A DNA stretch of 64,000 nt from Chitinophagaceae bacterium (GCA_044373365.1 JBIPNK010000006.1:13254-77253); one strand, 5' to 3'; counted from the first letter of the stretch, positions 1-10,424 are shown. Numbers and translations are program-made. Notes: generated by a model from the letters alone, not told the origin.

Positions 1-302
1 TCATGTCCAGTTGGGGCTATAATGTTAAATCGGGAAGCGTTGCTGAACCTTCCTGGTGGGGTGGGCGAACCATCACAAAAAAATACAGCGGTGGTATTTA
101 TGGTGAAATTGGGGGAGGAAATATGATCCGCATTAGAAAAAAAGAAAGATTGCAAGTTTCTGTTTCCTGGGTGATGAAAGCTGTGGAGGAATCTTTTCAA
201 TCCGAAATCTGGAACCCTGTGAACCAATCTCCCAGAACAATTACAAACCTGAACCGGTATACCATGAACAGAACGGCCCTGAGGATTGGCTGGAAATTCT
301 AA
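1..302 (+). CDS. C-terminal part of a probable outer-membrane beta-barrel protein (5' end outside window)
   Basis: Frame is open from the window edge. It has amphipathic strand-like segments and ends RTALRIGWKF with a terminal Phe (BAM-type signature). A strong terminator follows. Confidence 0.55.
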   Translation, partial: MSSWGYNVKSGSVAEPSWWGGRTITKKYSGGIYGEIGGGNMIRIRKKERLQVSVSWVMKAVEESFQSEIWNPVNQSPRTITNLNRYTMNRTALRIGWKF

Positions 303-304
303 AC

Positions 305-339
305 AAAAAAAAGGGGTTGAATAGTCAACCCCTTTTTTT
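305..339. terminator. Bidirectional intrinsic terminator
   Basis: AAAAAAAGGGGTTGA-ATAG-TCAACCCCTTTTTTT is a perfect stem with A/T tracts on both sides, between convergent genes. Confidence 0.9.
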
Positions 340-355
340 ATGGACGCGTATCGAA

Positions 356-1258
356 TTATTTCTTCTTGAATGTGTAACGGAGCAACAACTCATGGCCATT
401 GGCACCACCATCAAAGGTGCTGATAGGGCTGATGTAGCTGTCGTATCCATATCCAAGAGAGAAGTTTTTGTTGATGTTCAGGCCTGCAGACAGCATGTAG
501 CTTTGTCTGGAACGGATACCAACACCCCACCAGAACAGTTCACGCTCAACCCTTGCACCCGCCTGAAATTCTGCAGCACTGGTGCTGGGCAGATAAATCA
601 AGAGCATGTTCGGAACGATGGTTGTTCCACCACCCACATCAATCCTGTAGTTGGTATGGAGGTAAAAGTGCCTGTAAAGGCGACCCTGGGCAGAAGGGGT
701 TTGTGAGCCGGTATAAAAATCAAGCTTGGATTGAACCATCTGTGCAACCGAGATACCAACCTGTAATTTTTCGTTGGTGAAAGCCAGGCCTAAACCAGCA
801 TCAAATTTGGTCCTGGTTTGTGCACCAGCAAGAATGGGATCATTGCCCAGTGTGAGTCCGAGCTTGTTCTTGTCAATCCCAAACTGGAACAGCCTGGTTT
901 CAATACCAATCGAAAACTTTCCTGAACCATCAGACATGGGAAGGTGCTTGGCAAAGGAGAACTGTGCACCTGTTCTGGAAGTAGGGCCTGTTACATCACT
1001 GTAAATATAGCCACCCAATCCAATCAACTTGTCTGGAACAGCAAATGATCCAAAAACATTGGTGGTTTTTGGGCTGCCTGTGATACCACTCCATTGTGTA
1101 CGATAGCTTGCTCCAACAAAGTTGGAGGATTGCATGCCTGCCATGGCAGGATTGTGCAATACGCCCTGTACATCATACAGGGAAGAGGTTTGCAACTGCT
1201 GTGCAGATGCGGAGGTAAAGACAATGGATAATGCAATGAGGTATATGTATTTTTTCAT
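356..1258 (-). CDS. porP: PorP/SprF family type IX secretion system outer-membrane protein
   Basis: Signal peptide; HNPAMAG, YRTQWSGITGSPKT and GHELLLRY motifs typical of PorP/SprF barrels; 15 nt downstream of a CTD-B gene. Confidence 0.9.
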   Translation of the reverse strand: MKKYIYLIALSIVFTSASAQQLQTSSLYDVQGVLHNPAMAGMQSSNFVGASYRTQWSGITGSPKTTNVFGSFAVPDKLIGLGGYIYSDVTGPTSRTGAQFSFAKHLPMSDGSGKFSIGIETRLFQFGIDKNKLGLTLGNDPILAGAQTRTKFDAGLGLAFTNEKLQVGISVAQMVQSKLDFYTGSQTPSAQGRLYRHFYLHTNYRIDVGGGTTIVPNMLLIYLPSTSAAEFQAGARVERELFWWGVGIRSRQSYMLSAGLNINKNFSLGYGYDSYISPISTFDGGANGHELLLRYTFKKK

Positions 1259-1273
1259 GTTTTGTCTTTTGAA

Positions 1274-4200
1274 TTATCTTAAAATGGTTACATCTCCTTT
1301 TGTCGTGAATGTCTTTCCACTAACCAGGTCATAGGTAATTACATAATAGTAGGTTCCATCAGGAATTGGTTTACCATCATTTGTTCCTTCCCAGTTGTTC
1401 TGGTAGTTATCACTCCTGAATACCAATTGTCCATAGCGGTTGAAAACCTTTACAGCAATGGATTTGGTACAAGCACCACCATTGGTTACCAGCCACCTGT
1501 CATTCTGGCCATCACCATTGGGTGTGAAGGCATTTTTCACTGCAATACAATAAGGAGCAACCGTAACCAATACATCATCGCTACCGGAACAACCTGTCGC
1601 CTCGTCTACAACAGTAAGTTTATAGGTAGTCGTGGTTGGAGGGTTTACATATGTTGTATAAGACAATGCACCAGAGGTTATGTAGATGGCTGGTGTCCAG
1701 GCAATTGATTTTGCAGTTACCGCTGAAGATCCCCAGAGACCAACTTCATCTCCCGCAACAATCACCTTGTCTGGTCCTGCATTTACAATTGGGGAAGGAA
1801 TGGCGGCCACGACAACTGTTTTTGTGATGGATTCACAGGCATTATCCTTGATGATGACGGTATTGTTTCCTGCTGCAGCACCAGTCAATACATTGGATGA
1901 TTGGAATGCACCGCCATTGAGGCTATAGCTGTATGGGGCGATTCCTCCTTGTGCAGTAATGGTAATCGTGCCATTAGGAGTACTTGCGCAAGAGGGCGTA
2001 GAAGTTTCTGTGGTTGAAACTTTCAGGAGTGTTGTATCACCAAACTCCATCAACGGAGCACCACTAATGTTTACACCGGTAACAAACAATCTCCTGTTGG
2101 CAACGGGTGTTCCTGCAGGGACGGTCTTTGGTGCAAAGGCCATTGTTTCAAAAATATTGTTGGTAGGCGGAACTTCAAGGTTCCAGGTAGCGCCACCATT
2201 ATTGGTTGATACCATTGTACCAGGTGTTCCAATGTAACCATTGTTGACATCATGCATGAGGATGGCATTCAGGTTTCCAACAGGAAGGGTTGCCAGGTTA
2301 TTGGTGATATCTGTCCAGGTGGTTCCACCATTAACAGATTTGTAGACCACCTTCCTGGGGAATCCGTTTCCTGTAACAAAAACGGTATTGTTGTCCAAAG
2401 CAAATATCTCAGTGTAGTTCATGGTGGTATTCAATGCTGGAAAAGGACTGATATCGGTCCATGTGGTGCCTCCATTGATGGTTTTATACACAGCACCCCT
2501 GTTTCCTGAAACATATCCAACGGTATTGCTGGAGAAGAAGATTTTGCTCATGGTTGGAGCAGTTGATCCTACAGGAAACCCGCCAATCACCTGCCATGTT
2601 GTACCGTTGTTTACAGAACGAATGACGTTTGAAGTACGGCTTGCAGCTGCAACACTGAAAGCACTTGAGCCAACAACGATCACGGTATCTTTTCCGATGG
2701 CAACAACATCCTGCAACTGAAGGTTGGGGTTGGAGTAAAGCGGATCCATGGTTGTACCCTTGTCTAATGAACGGTAAAGGGTTCCTGCATTGGTTGTAAA
2801 ATAGGCCTTGTCAACAGCAGGATATGCAAGGGCAGTAATGTTGATGTTCAGGTTGGCAAAATCACGTCTCACCTTGTCTATCCATGTTTTTCCACCATCC
2901 GTGGTAACGGTAACCGATCCACCACCGGTAGCAATACCATTGTTGCAATCCGCAAACTCGATTTCGAAATAACTTGCAGATGCAGGAGTGGTTTCATAAT
3001 TGGTTGCCCATTTTCCACCGGCACTAGAATCAGCGTAGACGCCGAAAGTTCCCATGGTCAGGAATTTTCCGCTGGGAGAAATGTCCATGGCCCAGGTTCC
3101 ATTTCCACTGAAGTTTTTACCCTGTGGCAGTGACCCCTCCATTTTCCAGTTAACACCATTGTCTGTTGACGTGGCCATCAGTCCGAAATTACCTGGTGCA
3201 TGCAGTTTGCCATTGGGGGCTCTTACAATCCGGTAAGGATTGGAGATCAACAGGGTTTGCACCCTTGGAATAGAAACAATTGGAGTTACCGGAGGGAAAG
3301 GAAAGTTCAGTGTTGTGTACCGCCCTTTTTCAAATCTTCCTGGAACAGCCACATTGGCCGTACTGTCGTTTCTGCCGGTTTGCACCCTGAGTACAATATT
3401 GTTGTTGAAAGACATCATCAGAACAGTTGAGTCATTGATGATGTGCAGTGCCCTCATGGTTTGGGTACTGTTGCCAGGCGATCCGTAGCGGGTAGTATTG
3501 GTTACGGTTCCTGCAGGAACGCCAGTATACCCCAGTCTTTCTTTCGAGGTTGAATAGTCGGTGAGTGTGCCATTGTCAAATTTCCAGAGCAAACTTGAGT
3601 GGTGAGATCCGCTTGAAGTATTTGTACCATTGGGAAGACCTGTTGCCGCAGCGACAGCGGGATGGCTGAGGTAGGTGCTCAAGCCAGAACCAGAAACATA
3701 GCCAAGCCTGTCATTCACAAACTGGATGGCATAAATTTCCTTGTCTTTTGCGGTAACATCAACGATGATGGGCGCCAGGCTGGGGTTGTTTACATAGCCA
3801 ATCCTTGACTTACCACCCAGGGGGGCAGCCATTGAATCCCAGGTATTACCGCCATTTCTGGTGAAATACAATTTTGGGAGGGAATCGGGCGTATTGTGTT
3901 GACCGCCAATGTATCCGGTATCCTTGTTGACGAACCAGACAGCATTGATGTTTCTTCCTTTGTTGAACAATGGTGTTCTCACCAGGTTCCAGGTCTTTCC
4001 GCCATCGGTTGTTTTGACCATGGCACCACCTGTACCTACGGCGTAGGCAATGGCTGTGTTAACGGCATGGATATCATTGAAAGAAGGTCTGGCAATCGGC
4101 CCAGCTGCTGTTGGAAAGGTGAAAGCGCCATAGGTCCAGCTTTTTCCACCATCTGCAGACCTGGCAATTCCGCCTTCTGATCCAACACCAAGAATATTGT

Positions 4201-4369
4201 TGTCGTCCAGGAATTCTACGTCAATAATGGTGAATCCAAATGGTTTTGGGTTGCTGAAACGCCATTTGTTGGTATCATAAGTACCCTGCGCTGAGGTGAA
4301 TGTCGATACAAGAATCGCACAGATTGCGAAAAAGAGATGGAACATCCTTGCGGAGTGTCGGTTCATCAT
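1274..4369 (-). CDS. T9SS cargo: YCF48/BNR (Asp-box) beta-propeller protein with SprB-like and Ig/PKD-like repeats and a gliding-motility C-terminal domain (type B CTD)
   Basis: About 11 S/T-x-D/N-G-G-x-T-W boxes; GTITITAQGGIAPYSYSL repeat; CTD NAFTPNGDGQNDRW...GTYYYVI...GDVTILR. Confidence 0.85.
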   Translation of the reverse strand: MMNRHSARMFHLFFAICAILVSTFTSAQGTYDTNKWRFSNPKPFGFTIIDVEFLDDNNILGVGSEGGIARSADGGKSWTYGAFTFPTAAGPIARPSFNDIHAVNTAIAYAVGTGGAMVKTTDGGKTWNLVRTPLFNKGRNINAVWFVNKDTGYIGGQHNTPDSLPKLYFTRNGGNTWDSMAAPLGGKSRIGYVNNPSLAPIIVDVTAKDKEIYAIQFVNDRLGYVSGSGLSTYLSHPAVAAATGLPNGTNTSSGSHHSSLLWKFDNGTLTDYSTSKERLGYTGVPAGTVTNTTRYGSPGNSTQTMRALHIINDSTVLMMSFNNNIVLRVQTGRNDSTANVAVPGRFEKGRYTTLNFPFPPVTPIVSIPRVQTLLISNPYRIVRAPNGKLHAPGNFGLMATSTDNGVNWKMEGSLPQGKNFSGNGTWAMDISPSGKFLTMGTFGVYADSSAGGKWATNYETTPASASYFEIEFADCNNGIATGGGSVTVTTDGGKTWIDKVRRDFANLNINITALAYPAVDKAYFTTNAGTLYRSLDKGTTMDPLYSNPNLQLQDVVAIGKDTVIVVGSSAFSVAAASRTSNVIRSVNNGTTWQVIGGFPVGSTAPTMSKIFFSSNTVGYVSGNRGAVYKTINGGTTWTDISPFPALNTTMNYTEIFALDNNTVFVTGNGFPRKVVYKSVNGGTTWTDITNNLATLPVGNLNAILMHDVNNGYIGTPGTMVSTNNGGATWNLEVPPTNNIFETMAFAPKTVPAGTPVANRRLFVTGVNISGAPLMEFGDTTLLKVSTTETSTPSCASTPNGTITITAQGGIAPYSYSLNGGAFQSSNVLTGAAAGNNTVIIKDNACESITKTVVVAAIPSPIVNAGPDKVIVAGDEVGLWGSSAVTAKSIAWTPAIYITSGALSYTTYVNPPTTTTYKLTVVDEATGCSGSDDVLVTVAPYCIAVKNAFTPNGDGQNDRWLVTNGGACTKSIAVKVFNRYGQLVFRSDNYQNNWEGTNDGKPIPDGTYYYVITYDLVSGKTFTTKGDVTILR

Positions 4370-4471
4370 GTTGGTCAGTTTTGGTTGTGAAATGGTTTTT
4401 TTCAGTTAAGTGCCTAAGGTAGTAAAATTCTCAGTTTTCACAAATTATTAAGAAAACACCCCCTGATTGCT

Positions 4472-4479
4472 TAAATTTG
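4472..4479 (+). promoter_or_regulatory. Bacteroidota sigma-70 -7 element (TAAATTTG)
   Basis: Exact TAnnTTTG match, 6 nt before ATG 4486. Confidence 0.55.
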
Positions 4480-4485
4480 CCAGCT

Positions 4486-7400
4486 ATGCGCAGATTCAGG
4501 CACCATTTTCTATTTTTTTTGCTTTTTGCTTGCAATACAATTGCAGCACAAGACAAATCGAATTGGGGAAAGGAGTTTTGGTTGGGATATGGTTTCAATT
4601 ACAGTTTCAACAATGAGCCTCCTGTCAATGGACAGGAACTTCAACTCTATATCAGTGCTTCCCAGGCGGCCAATGTTACTGTTTCCATCAGCAGTACCGG
4701 CTGGACCAGAACTTTTGCGATTCCAGCCAATACGGTCGATTTTTCGGTGATTGTTCCCAAAACCGGACCTGAAGATGCCAGGATTACGGGAGAAGGGCTG
4801 TTCAAGAAAGGAATCCAAATAAAAAGCGATGTACCCGTAGCGGTATATGCACACCAATACAATACGATGGTATCTGGGGCTACCATGCTGATGCCTGTCG
4901 AAACCTATGGGTATACGTATTATTCTGTCAACTATGCACAGACACAGTCGGGCTCAAATCCTCCGGGCAGTTTCAGCACAACCGTTCAAAATGGTCCAGA
5001 GTGGTATTCCTGGTTCTTTGTGGTTGCCCCGGAAGACAGCACCAAAATTCTGATCACCCCCTCAGATACAACCCGTTTGGGATGGCTTCCTGGTCAATCT
5101 TATACCATTACACTCAACGAAGGAGAAATCTACAGTGTGATGGGGAAGCTGGGTTCCGGCTCCTTGTTGTACCAAGCCAGCAAGGACATGACGGGCAGCA
5201 AGGTGGTTTCTGTGCCGGGAGGCGATGGAAACTGTCATCCCATTGCGCTTTTTTCAGGTTCTGGGGGTATCCGGCTTTGCCGGGGCGATGGTGGTGAATA
5301 CATGGGGCAGCAAATCTTCCCTTCCCAGGCATGGGGCACCCGTTACCTCACCTATCACATGATCAGCAATACGCAGACCGATGTAAAGGCCCCTTTCATG
5401 AATTTTTACCGGGTCTGTGTTTTGGATCCAACAACCGTTGTCAAACGCAATGGTGTGGTGATGACCGGGCTTGTCAAGAATTTCTATTATGAATTCAACA
5501 GCAAGACGGGTGATTATATTGAGGCCGACAAGCCCATCATGGTTGCACAGTATACCCCCAACGCCAATGAGTGTGCTACCATGAACAGCATCAGTTATGG
5601 AGATCCGGAAATGATCTATCTCAGCCCGATTGAACAGGGTCAGAAAAGCATTCTATTTTATACTACCCGCAAGTCATACATAGATTATGTCTATGTGAGC
5701 ATTTATATCCCCACAGGGGGCATCTCTTCCTTGAAGCTTGATGGCGCTGCCATTCCCCCGGAAAACATCATTCCTCATCCCAGCCTCCCCGGCTACTCTG
5801 TTGCTGTGGGCAGGATATTGGGCGCTGCGGCGCAGCATACGGTCAGCTCAGATTCAAGTTTCAATGCAACGGTGTATGGCATAGGGTTGTTTGAAAGCTA
5901 TGGATACAATGCCGGAACATTGCTCAACAACCTGGATGCCTATGCCAGCATCAAGAACCGCTACAGCAACCAGGCAGTAGCAGATTCTTCAACCTGTTTG
6001 GGTACGGAATTCAATCCCAGCATCAGGGTGGCCTATAAGCTTAGTTCCATCAAATGGAGGCTGAGTGCAGTGCCAGAACTCAATATCACCAAAGACTCCA
6101 CTGTGATTGCTCCTGTACCGGTGGCCATCACCAAAATATTTGGAAGGAATTATTATACCTATAGCTATGGCCAATACCTGAAATTTTCCACAACGGGGCA
6201 GTTCAAAATTCCGGTGACCTATTTTGCTGATGACATTGACAAATGCGATCAAAAAAGAGATACCGTTATCATTGTCAATGTAAAAAATGGACCAAGGGCG
6301 GATTATGCCTTGCCTGCAGTCAGTTGCATTGGGAATACCATCAGCCTGAGCGGTACCAACACCGTTGCCGGGTTTACTATCCTTGGATACAAATGGGAGT
6401 TTCCAGATGGCAGCAAGGCGGACACCAAGGATGTGAGCAGGATCTTCCAGCAAGGGGGCGATAAGCTCATCAAGCTCATTGTGGTTGCAGATAACGGTTG
6501 TTCTGCTGATACCCTGAAAAAACTTTTTGTATCCGATCCTTCTGCATTGACCTTTGGTATCAGCGGAAAGCCTTGTATAGACAGCAGCCTTTCTTTTACC
6601 TCTTCCATAATCAGTGGTCAGGGTGTTTCAGCCACCTGGTACTGGGATTTTGGTGATGGCCAGAAGGCCAGCAGCAAGTCAACCCATATAGGATCTCATG
6701 GGTACAAGGTGGCCAGTTCCAATATTCCTGTGAAGCATTGGGTGGTATTGGACCAGGGTTGCAACAGCGATACTACAACTAAGAATGTTCCAGTTGTTTA
6801 TCCTGCTCCGGTGGCAGACATGAGCATTGCGGCAGACAGCTTTTGCATTGGGTCTCTTATCAATTTTCAGCCCAACAACCTTGGTAGTATCAGTTCCTGG
6901 AAGCTTGATCTTGGAGATGGAAACCAGGTCAGCAAGCCATCCCCCTACAAGCATCGTTATCTTTCCTCCAAAACCTATACGGCATCCCTGGTGGTAACCA
7001 GCAAAGAAGGATGTGGTTCAGCACCTTTCAACAAGTCTGTCATCATTCATCCACCACCTGCCATCAATGCAGGCACAGACAAGTACATCAAGAAAGGGAA
7101 TGCTGTAACAATGGATGCAAGCATTTCCAATCCTGCCGCTTATTCTTTTCTTTGGACGCCTGCACAATACCTGGACAAACCCAATACCCAGAACCCCATC
7201 TGCAAGCCTGATGCAAACGTCACTTACCTGTTGTTTGCTGTCAATAACCAGACCCTTTGCAGTGCTGCCGATACTGTAAAAGTTTTTCTCCTCTCTGATG
7301 TAGACATTCCCAATACGTTTACGCCCAACGGGGATGGCGTCAATGATACATGGGATATCCGTTTCCTCAACCAGTACAGGAATGCACAACTTGACATCTA

Positions 7401-7560
7401 CAATACTGCGGGTCAGGTCATCTTCAGGTCTTATGGATACAGTGCTCCATGGGATGGAAAAAGGAATGGAGCCAAGATGCCGGATGGAACATATTATTAT
7501 GTGATTGATCTTGGTGAAGGAAGCAAGAGAATAACAGGATATGTAACCATCCTTCGATAA
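4486..7560 (+). CDS. T9SS cargo: IgGFc-binding-protein N-terminal-like domain, PKD domains and type B CTD (paralog 1)
   Basis: Signal peptide then DKSNWGKEFWLGY; MGQQIFPSQAWGTRY, GDPEM and ESYGYNAG motifs; WDFGDG/LDLGDG PKD motifs; PNTFTPNGDGVNDTW...GYVTILR. ATG 4486 preferred over TTG 4477. Confidence 0.85.
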   Translation: MRRFRHHFLFFLLFACNTIAAQDKSNWGKEFWLGYGFNYSFNNEPPVNGQELQLYISASQAANVTVSISSTGWTRTFAIPANTVDFSVIVPKTGPEDARITGEGLFKKGIQIKSDVPVAVYAHQYNTMVSGATMLMPVETYGYTYYSVNYAQTQSGSNPPGSFSTTVQNGPEWYSWFFVVAPEDSTKILITPSDTTRLGWLPGQSYTITLNEGEIYSVMGKLGSGSLLYQASKDMTGSKVVSVPGGDGNCHPIALFSGSGGIRLCRGDGGEYMGQQIFPSQAWGTRYLTYHMISNTQTDVKAPFMNFYRVCVLDPTTVVKRNGVVMTGLVKNFYYEFNSKTGDYIEADKPIMVAQYTPNANECATMNSISYGDPEMIYLSPIEQGQKSILFYTTRKSYIDYVYVSIYIPTGGISSLKLDGAAIPPENIIPHPSLPGYSVAVGRILGAAAQHTVSSDSSFNATVYGIGLFESYGYNAGTLLNNLDAYASIKNRYSNQAVADSSTCLGTEFNPSIRVAYKLSSIKWRLSAVPELNITKDSTVIAPVPVAITKIFGRNYYTYSYGQYLKFSTTGQFKIPVTYFADDIDKCDQKRDTVIIVNVKNGPRADYALPAVSCIGNTISLSGTNTVAGFTILGYKWEFPDGSKADTKDVSRIFQQGGDKLIKLIVVADNGCSADTLKKLFVSDPSALTFGISGKPCIDSSLSFTSSIISGQGVSATWYWDFGDGQKASSKSTHIGSHGYKVASSNIPVKHWVVLDQGCNSDTTTKNVPVVYPAPVADMSIAADSFCIGSLINFQPNNLGSISSWKLDLGDGNQVSKPSPYKHRYLSSKTYTASLVVTSKEGCGSAPFNKSVIIHPPPAINAGTDKYIKKGNAVTMDASISNPAAYSFLWTPAQYLDKPNTQNPICKPDANVTYLLFAVNNQTLCSAADTVKVFLLSDVDIPNTFTPNGDGVNDTWDIRFLNQYRNAQLDIYNTAGQVIFRSYGYSAPWDGKRNGAKMPDGTYYYVIDLGEGSKRITGYVTILR

Positions 7561-7571
7561 CTGCCTGATCA

Positions 7572-10349
7572 ATGCAAATGGTTCGCACAATTTTTCTGAT
7601 CCTATTTTTGCTGATTCAGTCTGTTGGGATCTTGGTGGCACAAGACCGGTCCAACCGCGGAAAGGAGTTCTGGTTGGGCTATGGCCACAATGTGATGTTC
7701 AATCCAACTGCCGGCAACAACAGCCAAACCCTTGTATTGTATATCTCAACTGTCTTGCCGGCAACTGTAGTGGTTTCCATACCTGGAAATGGCTGGAGCC
7801 AAACGGTGGTTATTCCTGCCAACAGCGTAGATGCATCCGTTGTCATTCCCAAAACTGGTTTGCAGGATGCAAGGTTAACGAGGGAGGGAATTTTCAACAG
7901 GGGCATTCTTGTAAAGGCTGATGTACCGGTTGTATTGAATGCGCACCAGTACGGACTGAATTCTTCCGGTGCCATGATGGTCATGCCCACTGAAACCTAT
8001 GGATACAATTATTATTCCGTCAATTGCAAACAGGTATCCAATGTGGACTATAGCCATTCCTGGTTTTATGTTGTTGCACCAGAAGACAACACGAGAATCG
8101 AGGTCATCCCTTCAGGCACTACTGAAAGTGGCAGGCCAGCAGGTCAGCCATTCACTGTCGATCTCAAAAGAGGAGAAATCTTCAATCTGTTTGGGAAGCG
8201 CCTTCGCTATGACAGTGGTGTAGACATGACCGGAAGCAAGATTCTTTCCATTGCGGGCAGTGATGGGAAATGTCATCCAGTGGGAGTATTTTCTGGATCC
8301 AGCCGCAATACACTGTGCTTTGGAAACGGAGGAGACATCATGCAACAGCAGGTTTTCCCCTCCAATACCTGGGGCACCCGCTACCTGACCTATCATACCC
8401 TGGCCAATGCCAACTCCGACCTGGCAACGCCATTTTTAAATATTTACAGGGTGGTTGTGCAAGATCCTTCCACGGTTGTGAAAAGAAATGGAACATTGAT
8501 AACAGGGTTGATCAATAATTTCTACTATGAATTTTCCAGCAATTCGGGTGATTATATTGAGGCTGACAAGCCAATCCTTGTTGCACAGTTTATGCCTTCC
8601 TCCAATGCCTGTGCAAGCGATGCCACCAACCCCTATGGCGACCCTGAAATGTTTTATTTGAGTCCCTTTGAGCAGGGCATTAAAAATGTTACTTTTTATA
8701 AAACCAGGAACCAATACATCGACTTCAATTATGTGAGTCTTCTGCTTCCTGCTGCAGGAATTTCCTCTTTGCGGGTGGATGGGAAAACTGTTGATCCGCT
8801 CAACGTCATCCGCCATCCCATCAAAAATGATTATGCCGTTGCGGTTGTCCGTTTGCTGGGACAAGCAGGCCAGCACAGTGTTTCATGCGACAGCACATTC
8901 AATGGCATGGTCTTTGGGCTGGGCTATTATGAAAGCTATGGCTACAATGTTGGCACACTTGTAAACAACCTGAATGCCTACGCCACCATTAAAAATGCCA
9001 AAAGCATTTTGCCCGGTGTAGATTCATTTACATGCATCAATACGCCATTCAAAGCCAGCATCAAAGTGGCCTACAAGCTCAGCAGGATACACTGGAAATT
9101 CAGCAAGGCAACTGGGCTCAATATCAAGGCCGATTCCATCATCAACAATCCAGCTCCAATTGATTCTGCCTTGGTTTTTGGCAGAAAGTATTATGCCTAC
9201 ACCATTGCAGCAGACCTTCGGTTTTCTGTTGCAGGCAACTACAGTATTCCCATTACCTATTCTTCTACAGATCTTGACAATTGCAGCAAGACAGAAGATA
9301 CCGTCATCCATGTGCTGGTGAAAGAAGGCCCCAAGCCTGTAATCGCTGCGCCGGGTGTGCTTTGTTTGGGAAAGGAAGCTAGTTTCACGGGAACCAACAA
9401 TGCCCAAGGTTTTAATGTGGTTTCCCACCAATGGGATTTTCCAGACGGAAGCCAGGGCAATGCCAGGGATGCAAAAAAAATCTTCACTACTGCGGGCAAC
9501 AAGACCATCCGTTATGCTGTGTTGACAGACAATGGCTGCATGGCCGATACAGTAACATCAGTGCTTGTTGTTGACCTGTCTGCAGTGGCGGTAACGAAAA
9601 ATGGAAAGCCCTGTGTTGACAGCTCCATACAGTTTGTCTCCTCCATTCCATCTGGATCAAATACAGGCGCAACCTGGTTCTGGGACTTTGGAGATGGGCA
9701 GCGGTTCAGCAGCAAGTCTAGCCACCTTGCATTGCATGCTTACAAAAAAGCCATGGCTGGTTTTTCTGTCAGGCATTGGATTGCATTTGACCAGGGCTGT
9801 ACCAGTGATACCATGTTACACGCGATACCATCCATCAACACCGCACCCATGATCAATGCTGGTCCTGATTTGTACATCAAGAAAGGAAGTGCTGCTCCAT
9901 TGGAGGCGAGTATTCCCAATCCCAGCCAATACCAGTTTGTCTGGAGTCCATCAACCTATTTAGACCAGGCCAACTTGCTCAATCCCTTGTGCAAGCCAGA
10001 GCTTGACATGATCTATGTTGTCCGGGCCATTGACAGACAAACCCTTTGTACCGCCAGTGATACAGTACAGGTAATTGTATTGTCAGCTGTAGATATCCCC
10101 AATACTTTCACGCCCAATGGTGATGGCATCAATGATACCTGGAAGATCCTTTTTCTGGCACAGTATAAAAATTGTCGGATGGAAGTGTACAATACTGCCG
10201 GGCAAATCATCTATCAATCTGTTGGGTATGCTGTTGCCTGGGATGGAACCCGCAATGGCGCTCCCATGCCTGCAGGTACGTATTATTATGTGATTGACCT
10301 TGGTGATGGCAGCCCAAGGCGGAGTGGGTATGTTACTATTTTACGCTGA
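7572..10349 (+). CDS. T9SS cargo: IgGFc-binding-like domain, PKD and type B CTD (paralog 2)
   Basis: Colinear with the upstream gene (DRSNRGKEFWLGY, GDPEM, ESYGYNVG, WDFGDG, PNTFTPNGDGINDTW, GYVTILR) but one PKD module shorter. Confidence 0.85.
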   Translation: MQMVRTIFLILFLLIQSVGILVAQDRSNRGKEFWLGYGHNVMFNPTAGNNSQTLVLYISTVLPATVVVSIPGNGWSQTVVIPANSVDASVVIPKTGLQDARLTREGIFNRGILVKADVPVVLNAHQYGLNSSGAMMVMPTETYGYNYYSVNCKQVSNVDYSHSWFYVVAPEDNTRIEVIPSGTTESGRPAGQPFTVDLKRGEIFNLFGKRLRYDSGVDMTGSKILSIAGSDGKCHPVGVFSGSSRNTLCFGNGGDIMQQQVFPSNTWGTRYLTYHTLANANSDLATPFLNIYRVVVQDPSTVVKRNGTLITGLINNFYYEFSSNSGDYIEADKPILVAQFMPSSNACASDATNPYGDPEMFYLSPFEQGIKNVTFYKTRNQYIDFNYVSLLLPAAGISSLRVDGKTVDPLNVIRHPIKNDYAVAVVRLLGQAGQHSVSCDSTFNGMVFGLGYYESYGYNVGTLVNNLNAYATIKNAKSILPGVDSFTCINTPFKASIKVAYKLSRIHWKFSKATGLNIKADSIINNPAPIDSALVFGRKYYAYTIAADLRFSVAGNYSIPITYSSTDLDNCSKTEDTVIHVLVKEGPKPVIAAPGVLCLGKEASFTGTNNAQGFNVVSHQWDFPDGSQGNARDAKKIFTTAGNKTIRYAVLTDNGCMADTVTSVLVVDLSAVAVTKNGKPCVDSSIQFVSSIPSGSNTGATWFWDFGDGQRFSSKSSHLALHAYKKAMAGFSVRHWIAFDQGCTSDTMLHAIPSINTAPMINAGPDLYIKKGSAAPLEASIPNPSQYQFVWSPSTYLDQANLLNPLCKPELDMIYVVRAIDRQTLCTASDTVQVIVLSAVDIPNTFTPNGDGINDTWKILFLAQYKNCRMEVYNTAGQIIYQSVGYAVAWDGTRNGAPMPAGTYYYVIDLGDGSPRRSGYVTILR

Positions 10350-10424
10350 TTGAGACCATGTCTTCTTTTCAAGCAGGGCTAAAGTAGATTAACCATGCCG
10401 ATTCTTATGGTAGCATATAAATGA

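Noticed and set aside
4486-10349. Recombinational antigenic variation or invertible shufflon between the two paralogs
   Set aside because: Aligned stretches show frequent synonymous differences, and there are no long identical repeats, inverted repeats or nearby recombinase.
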